IMG/VR virus record: IMGVR_UViG_3300009081_000009
Span: 32,001-96,000 of that record
Direction: 5' to 3' (one strand)
Source of the DNA: a virus
DNA length: 64,000 nucleotides
Below are positions 58,789 to 64,000 of this stretch, piece after piece (the first letter of the stretch is position 1; every line of letters begins with the position of its first letter). Made by a program: the position numbers and the translations under genes. A model generated the notes under the pieces. It was not told the DNA's origin. It ran no database searches and worked only from the letters and a program-made list of their open reading frames with translations.

Positions 58789-59696
58789 AAGTTGCCTTAA
58801 TAATCCCATTATATAAGCAATCTATGTATTGGCATAGATTGCTTTCTGGTATTCAGAAACAGTCATTGAAGCCTGATACTGTGTACATTATAGTAGACAG
58901 GCCATCGGATGATTTAGGGGCTTTGGACAGCACAGGAAAGCCATTAAACGACAAATGGAATGCTCTGGCTGAGATAAGTAAGCTAAACGCATCAATTCAT
59001 GACATAAACATAAAATTGATTGTAATTGATAAAGTTCCTAATGGAATTCAGAGAACAAAACCCGACTCGCCTGTATTTTTGGCTGGATATGCTAGAAATA
59101 TAGGAATTGAACAGGCCATTAAAGACGGTTCCGATATCTTCGTTTTTATGGATGGTGATTGTATACCACAAGACGATTTTATTAAATCTCATGTAGAATT
59201 GTGCTCAAATAAATTACCTATAATGAGTATTGGAAGACGCAGAGAATCTAAATTGCGTTGGATGGATCAACGGGAAGTAAGTGCTAATTTAACTCATTTG
59301 AGATTGTTTGATAAAATGGGTAGCTTGATTAATAACCCAGATTTATTGAAACAATGTTTAATTGTATGGTCATGCAATATTGCAATGAATTTAGCTGCTA
59401 TTAAATTAATTTATAAATTCAATGAAGCATACTATCAACGAACTGAGATATTTAATAGTACATTTAATGGCGTATGGGGTGGTGAAGATAGTTTTTTGGG
59501 TATAACTGCTTGGTATTGTCGTATTTTTATACATACATTAGGTAATATAAAATCAGGCGTTGAACATATTGATCATCAACGACCAGAATCTATATATAAC
59601 AAAGAACATAAAATATTTTTTGATGCTCAGTGTGATATGTTACGAAAGAAACTCGTATTAAATCCAATCAATCTAAATTTATTGAATTATACTTAA
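58785..59696 (+). CDS. GT2 family glycosyltransferase
   Basis: LIIPLY, ARNIG, FMDGDCIP, WSCN, WGGED. Confidence 0.9.
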   Translation: MKVALIIPLYKQSMYWHRLLSGIQKQSLKPDTVYIIVDRPSDDLGALDSTGKPLNDKWNALAEISKLNASIHDINIKLIVIDKVPNGIQRTKPDSPVFLAGYARNIGIEQAIKDGSDIFVFMDGDCIPQDDFIKSHVELCSNKLPIMSIGRRRESKLRWMDQREVSANLTHLRLFDKMGSLINNPDLLKQCLIVWSCNIAMNLAAIKLIYKFNEAYYQRTEIFNSTFNGVWGGEDSFLGITAWYCRIFIHTLGNIKSGVEHIDHQRPESIYNKEHKIFFDAQCDMLRKKLVLNPINLNLLNYT

Positions 59697-60577
59697 TCTT
59701 TATAATATCCATTCATAGGATCTTTTAATTTAGATGTTTCTAATTCAAATGCACTGGTGTTATATTGAGTAGTTCCATTTTTTAACATAGTTGAATCAAT
59801 ACCAATACTCGTATTATCTCTTAATCCACGGAATGCATCATTAAATGATCCTTGGAATGTATTAGGAACATCAAAAGTAACTTTATATTCCATTATATCT
59901 TTACTATCATTTTTTATTACCATCGATGATATGTCAGATAAAACCGCAGAATTAAATTCAAACACTTGTGATACAACTGTGTCAATCGTATCTTTTCTAG
60001 GTTTATTAAATTCAGTAAGTGCAACATCGTTTACAAATTGTTCTTGTAAAATAGCAATATAGATACCTAATTTCTGGAATGAGCTTTTAGGTTTTAATAT
60101 TTGAGATGAATAAAATTGATTTATAATAGCATTAAAAAATTGATACCATAGAAGGTGTTTATCCTCTCGTATCTCTAATACAACCTTACCGCCTTCAGTT
60201 GTGCCCATTATAACAGGATATTTAATAGATTTAATCGAATCTATATAATTTTCAGTGCTTATTTTTGATGATGTGTGTGGAATGGTGACATTACTACATG
60301 CCCATTTTAATTCGATTTGAGGAGGTTCATCGGCATAATAGAATACCTTTTTCCAATTATTAAATGCATCATTGTATACATGACTTCCATGAGATATTTT
60401 TTGGTTTTTTGATAATGAATCTGTTTTTGATTCCTTTTCCATTTTTGTGATAGCTTTACCAACATATTCTCCGTATAATCCAACTAAGAATTTATTTGTT
60501 CTGTATACACTGGCATTGCCATAGAATTCATCTACACGCTCTTTCATTGTTTTTTCTATCGAATGTACTATAGGCAT
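59693..60577 (-). CDS. tail-tube-fold protein (gp54/gp19-like)
   Basis: YRTNKFLV, CSNVTIP, QVFEFNSAV..I..., EYKVTF; in a late operon with the gp3-like gene. Confidence 0.5.
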   Translation of the reverse strand: MPIVHSIEKTMKERVDEFYGNASVYRTNKFLVGLYGEYVGKAITKMEKESKTDSLSKNQKISHGSHVYNDAFNNWKKVFYYADEPPQIELKWACSNVTIPHTSSKISTENYIDSIKSIKYPVIMGTTEGGKVVLEIREDKHLLWYQFFNAIINQFYSSQILKPKSSFQKLGIYIAILQEQFVNDVALTEFNKPRKDTIDTVVSQVFEFNSAVLSDISSMVIKNDSKDIMEYKVTFDVPNTFQGSFNDAFRGLRDNTSIGIDSTMLKNGTTQYNTSAFELETSKLKDPMNGYYKD

Positions 60578-60585
60578 AAAATTCC

Positions 60586-61206
60586 TTAATTAGCTATACA
60601 GCTTGGTGTAGTATGTTCTTCAGGTGGTGCCATTCGTTCAATTGTTCGAAGCGAATATAAGAAACTCACTGTGAATTTAACTGGATCTGGGCCTAAAAAA
60701 TTAAGTGTTAATGGTTCTAATTCAATTGGGTAACATCTCTGAAATCTAATAATCTGATGCTTCTGATATGAATCGTCTGCCATGTGAATATCAATAAATG
60801 GAATCCAAGTACGTCTATTTCTATAATGACGATCATGTCCATATACACGGTGATTTAGATCTGTTATTGGAAATGCATCAGTTTGTCCACTCTGAATAGT
60901 TTCCATATAACGATTTAAAGTCCAATAATTTTCCATTCTGTCATCGCATATCATAGTGATAGTTAATACTTTATCATAATATTCATTATCTTCTGTGATG
61001 GGAATATGAACCATTGATTTATAACTACCATCCATTTTATATTTCAATGATAATCCCGGTGCTACGAATGCTGTAATGTTTCCATTTACAGTTTCTGATG
61101 ATGGCGCATCTGCCTGTGTATATGACACGGGAATCGGCCCAATATTACATCTAGCCGTTCCTTGGTGTAATCTACCTATATTTCTACTTAAAAGTGGGCC
61201 GTCCAT
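60586..61206 (-). CDS. gp3-like tail tube terminator
   Basis: APGLSL, LTITMICDDRMENY, IRFQRCYPIEL..L, FTVSFLY. Confidence 0.7.
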   Translation of the reverse strand: MDGPLLSRNIGRLHQGTARCNIGPIPVSYTQADAPSSETVNGNITAFVAPGLSLKYKMDGSYKSMVHIPITEDNEYYDKVLTITMICDDRMENYWTLNRYMETIQSGQTDAFPITDLNHRVYGHDRHYRNRRTWIPFIDIHMADDSYQKHQIIRFQRCYPIELEPLTLNFLGPDPVKFTVSFLYSLRTIERMAPPEEHTTPSCIAN

Positions 61207-61213
61207 TATTTAC

Positions 61214-61810
61214 CTATAATTTTATATAAAACTCATCACCTGATCGTGAGGTAAAATAAATTTCATCTATCCTATCAACTAGTTTATTAAAAACGGGTGA
61301 ATTTATAAATTTATCACATGACCCTTTTTTGACATACGCAATTGTAGCATGAGGAATATAAACATCAAATTTATCTGTATATTCCATATTATCACATATC
61401 AATTTATTTAATTCCATCAATTGATCGCTTTTTATATTAATTTTTAATACATCAAATGATGGATTGTTGTCAAAAATATCAATATTACCACACTGGATAT
61501 TAATAGATCCATATCCATTTACTAATTTGGTTAAATTATTTGGATCAGGATCATGTAATCCATATTTAACCGTAACGTGTGATGTTGTCTCATAACCCTC
61601 TATACCATTGTCTAAATCTATATATAAGGCTTCTTCCGGTATATTTTCCTTCGCCCATTCGGTAATTAATTGAGTGATGTAGTCATTTAAATTAAGCATA
61701 GCACAGCTAAAGCTATAAGTATGTTCTTTATTAGGTTGTTTTTGACTAGATTCCAAAATTCGTTTTTTCGCTCGTCTTGGTAGATTAGATAGGTATTTAG
61801 AGTAGTTCAT
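61214..61810 (-). CDS. 2H phosphoesterase, Acb1 (T4 gp57B)-like anti-CBASS candidate
   Basis: Two HxT motifs: SHVTVKYG and YIPHATIAY. Confidence 0.8.
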   Translation of the reverse strand: MNYSKYLSNLPRRAKKRILESSQKQPNKEHTYSFSCAMLNLNDYITQLITEWAKENIPEEALYIDLDNGIEGYETTSHVTVKYGLHDPDPNNLTKLVNGYGSINIQCGNIDIFDNNPSFDVLKINIKSDQLMELNKLICDNMEYTDKFDVYIPHATIAYVKKGSCDKFINSPVFNKLVDRIDEIYFTSRSGDEFYIKL

Positions 61811-61830
61811 ATAGTCTTTTTATTTAATAG

Positions 61831-61844
61831 TAGTTTATAAACTA
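61831..61844. promoter_or_regulatory. palindromic bidirectional late promoter TAGTTTATAAACTA
   Basis: Perfect 14-bp palindrome reading TATAAACTA on both strands between divergent genes. Confidence 0.7.
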
Positions 61845-61878
61845 TTACATTGAATCATAATTTAACAAAGGACTTATT

Positions 61879-62028
61879 ATGGCAGATCAAGTAGAAACAA
61901 CCGAAGAACCTATTCCATACGTTAATATGTTTGGTGCTGGATGGGAAGTTAGCGGAGCACAGTATACACCAACTAAATTAGGTGGTGTAGAATGCGATGA
62001 AAACGGAAATATAAAACCAATACAATAA
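61879..62028 (+). CDS. 49-aa hypothetical late protein
   Basis: MADQVETTEEPIPYVNMFGAGWEVSGAQYTPTKLGGVECDENGNIKPIQ; AAGGA SD; terminator follows. Confidence 0.7.
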   Translation: MADQVETTEEPIPYVNMFGAGWEVSGAQYTPTKLGGVECDENGNIKPIQ

Positions 62029-62052
62029 AAGGAGCTTGTTAGCTCCTTTTTT
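62027..62052. terminator. bidirectional intrinsic terminator
   Basis: AAAAGGAGCT-TGTT-AGCTCCTTTT. Confidence 0.8.
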
Positions 62053-62054
62053 AT

Positions 62055-63044
62055 TTATTTGAATTTGATTGGTTTTGGATCTGCCTTTACTTCGGATTTT
62101 GGTTTAACTACTCCCGTTTTATCACTCAGTACTGGATTCATTTTAGGTGCATTGGTAGGTACTTTATTATTAGTGGTTGTCTTTGCATCAATTCCATTTG
62201 TCTTATTAGTTACATCTGAAACATTCGCTGATTTAGAACCCTTAATTATATCAGTTGGTACATTTTGTTTAGTGAGTGCATCTTTAGCTTTAACAACACC
62301 AACTAAATCACCCTTTGGCTTAGCTGCATTGGAATCAACCTTGACTTCGGCTTCTGATTTCAATTCAACAATCTGACCACCATCTTTCTTAATAATAGGA
62401 ACTCCAATTTCTTGCTTTACAGTAGTCGTAGAGCCATCCCATTTTGTTACAGTCGTGGTGGTAAATGCATTGGATGGTTTAACGATGCCAACTAAATCAC
62501 CCTTTGGCTTAGCTGCATTGGAATCGACCTTAGTTTTGGTAGTTGTATCTGTTTTTATCGCATTAGCTGGTATATTAGCTATTTTTGGTACTGCTACAGA
62601 TACAGTCTTAGTTGTTACTGTGTCACCATTTACAGTTGTCTTAAATTCGGTAGTTGGTTTAACTACTCCAGTATTATCTTCCCATTCACCGTGATTTATA
62701 TTCTTAATGAATTTCTGCATTATTCCCATAATGCTATTGTCTTCATAATCAACTGTAGTTTCCTTTGTTTTATCACCAACAGTCTTAAACTCTGAATTTG
62801 GTTTTACGATGCCAGTTTGGTCATTTAATTCCAAATCGCGCTTTTTCTTATCTTTTTCAGTTAGATAGTCTTTATAATCAGTAAAGTTTTCTACACCGTC
62901 ATTAGCAACAGGAGTCCAGAATGGAAATAGTGCTTTTCCATCCATTAATTTCTTTTCACGCATTTCGAGTGGCTTGGTGTGATCTAAGTTTTGTTTCAAC
63001 ATTTTCTCAAACATATCGTTTGTAGGCATTTCATATCTTGACAT
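62055..63044 (-). CDS. K/T-rich late protein with five G(I/V)VK(P/A) repeats
   Basis: 329 aa; late promoter at 63070-63078 (-). Confidence 0.8.
   Translation of the reverse strand: MSRYEMPTNDMFEKMLKQNLDHTKPLEMREKKLMDGKALFPFWTPVANDGVENFTDYKDYLTEKDKKKRDLELNDQTGIVKPNSEFKTVGDKTKETTVDYEDNSIMGIMQKFIKNINHGEWEDNTGVVKPTTEFKTTVNGDTVTTKTVSVAVPKIANIPANAIKTDTTTKTKVDSNAAKPKGDLVGIVKPSNAFTTTTVTKWDGSTTTVKQEIGVPIIKKDGGQIVELKSEAEVKVDSNAAKPKGDLVGVVKAKDALTKQNVPTDIIKGSKSANVSDVTNKTNGIDAKTTTNNKVPTNAPKMNPVLSDKTGVVKPKSEVKADPKPIKFK
62299..62525. repeat. 38-bp exact direct repeat inside the CDS
   Basis: CCAACTAAATCACCCTTTGGCTTAGCTGCATTGGAATC at 62299-62336 and 62488-62525. Confidence 0.9.
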
Positions 63045-63069
63045 AGTATATTCCTGTCGGATTTATCAA

Positions 63070-63097
63070 TAGTTTATAAGATTCACATTATAAACTA
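63070..63097. promoter_or_regulatory. divergent pair of late-type promoters
   Basis: TAGTTTATA 63070-63078 (-) and TATAAACTA 63089-63097 (+). Confidence 0.7.
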
Positions 63098-63113
63098 TAA
63101 CAAAGAGGTATAT

Positions 63114-63350
63114 ATGACCAAAAATAAAAAATTTAATGAATTTCTTGAAAGTATTAAAGATGTTAATCCAACTTTGATAGAATCTATTATGCAGGGATAT
63201 GAAATTATACATGAAAGTAGTATAAATAAAGTAAATCAAATTAAAGATACATTAGGAGAACCAGAACCAGAACCAGATCAATTATTAGATGATGAACCTA
63301 CAGAAATAAACCCAGAACAAGATCCTACCCAAGAATATCCAAATATATAA
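63114..63350 (+). CDS. small late protein with N-terminal KFNEFLES..LIESI motif
   Basis: 78 aa; GAGG SD; late promoter. Confidence 0.75.
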   Translation: MTKNKKFNEFLESIKDVNPTLIESIMQGYEIIHESSINKVNQIKDTLGEPEPEPDQLLDDEPTEINPEQDPTQEYPNI

Positions 63351-63354
63351 AAGA

Positions 63355-63381
63355 AAGCAGTCCTATTGGACTGCCTTTTTT
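63355..63381. terminator. bidirectional intrinsic terminator
   Basis: GCAGTCC-TATT-GGACTGC-CTTTTT. Confidence 0.75.
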
Positions 63382-63991
63382 AATGTTTAAATGCGTTAAG
63401 TTTATCGCCTTTTCTTGTATTTTCTTTTGTTTTTTGTTTTTCTAATTCGCGTATTTTTTTCTTGATTTCTCGATCACGTAATTTATTTTTATCTCTAATT
63501 GCTTGTCTGATTTGTTTATTACGATCTCTTCTAAATTCAGAAACATTACCATTTTCAATAAATTCAGGCACATTATCAATTACTTTACTTACTTTTACTT
63601 CTTCATCATTAAATGTATTAATAGCATTTTTACGTTGGTTAGTATTTTCTCTATCTGATTTTATTTCCTCGTCAATCTCATCCCAAATTCCATACATCAT
63701 CTGAAAATTCTGTTTTATATATTTAACTAATGCGCCACCAGTAAGTGGAGTCTTTATAACATCACCATTAGGAACATATCTATCTCCCTTCCATGCCTTA
63801 CCTTCAACAAATACAGGATCTATGATAAATCTACCATCTGATGCAATTCTAACTAATGTCATATGTTTGCAATTAGCAGCCCAATTAATGCATTTACTGC
63901 GTCTAGTACCTGCATCATCATAAAATAATTTTATAGTATCAGGACACTGAAACACAACACCCCAATAGTATGTTCTGGTATCTTGAGGCAT
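63380..63991 (-). CDS. hypothetical protein with basic coiled-coil C-terminus
   Basis: 203 aa ORF; the true start may lie beyond the window edge. Confidence 0.6.
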   Translation of the reverse strand: MPQDTRTYYWGVVFQCPDTIKLFYDDAGTRRSKCINWAANCKHMTLVRIASDGRFIIDPVFVEGKAWKGDRYVPNGDVIKTPLTGGALVKYIKQNFQMMYGIWDEIDEEIKSDRENTNQRKNAINTFNDEEVKVSKVIDNVPEFIENGNVSEFRRDRNKQIRQAIRDKNKLRDREIKKKIRELEKQKTKENTRKGDKLNAFKH

Positions 63992-64000
63992 TATCTTTTC

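Noticed and set aside
566-63704. Many antisense or alternate-frame ORFs in the track (e.g. 3906-4409, 16568-17005, 28694-29134, 40065-40433, 62059-62376)
   Set aside because: Shadows of real genes, with no SD, promoter or recognisable motifs.
1-64000. tRNA, rRNA, integrase or transposase
   Set aside because: Intergenic gaps are short and explained by promoters and terminators; no cloverleaf or recombinase motifs recognised by eye (tRNAscan-SE would confirm).

Overview
AT-rich segment of a large T4-like (Tevenvirinae-related, possibly jumbo) myovirus genome, standard genetic code, densely coding. It holds an almost complete T4-type replication/recombination set: RNase H, RuvC-like resolvase, UvsW, UvsX, UvsY, gp41 helicase, gp61 primase, gp32, gp45, gp44/62, gp43 PolB, gp47 and dUTPase. 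Tail/baseplate genes include the sheath, tube, gp26-, gp53-, gp27-, gp5-, gp25-, gp3- and gp4-like genes and a small terminase-like gene. Accessory genes include four glycosyltransferase-like proteins, a UGM-like protein, DnaJ, thioredoxin, NADAR, SLOG, an Apyc1-like MBL hydrolase and an Acb1-like 2H phosphoesterase. Two promoter classes can be read from the DNA: TATAAACT(A/T) before virion and unknown 'late' genes, and a sigma70-like TATATT -10 before replication/metabolic genes, five of which look leaderless. Most notable: (i) four unrelated late-promoter proteins share a ~30-aa motif (KF.sF.eS.k..dp.LieSi..g) resembling a capsid-targeting/protease-cleavage tag, one of them fused to ankyrin repeats, and the Acb1-like enzyme has a similar propeptide, suggesting a virion-cargo system; (ii) an exonuclease-less family A polymerase-like gene beside an iterated AT-rich strand-switch region (candidate origin); (iii) both a gp45-type and a DnaN-like clamp; (iv) a 1490-aa gp25 fusion; (v) a 54-aa ORF carrying a portal motif; (vi) a prfB-like +1 frameshift candidate in the tail module. 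All family calls come from motif recognition by eye; no database search was run.
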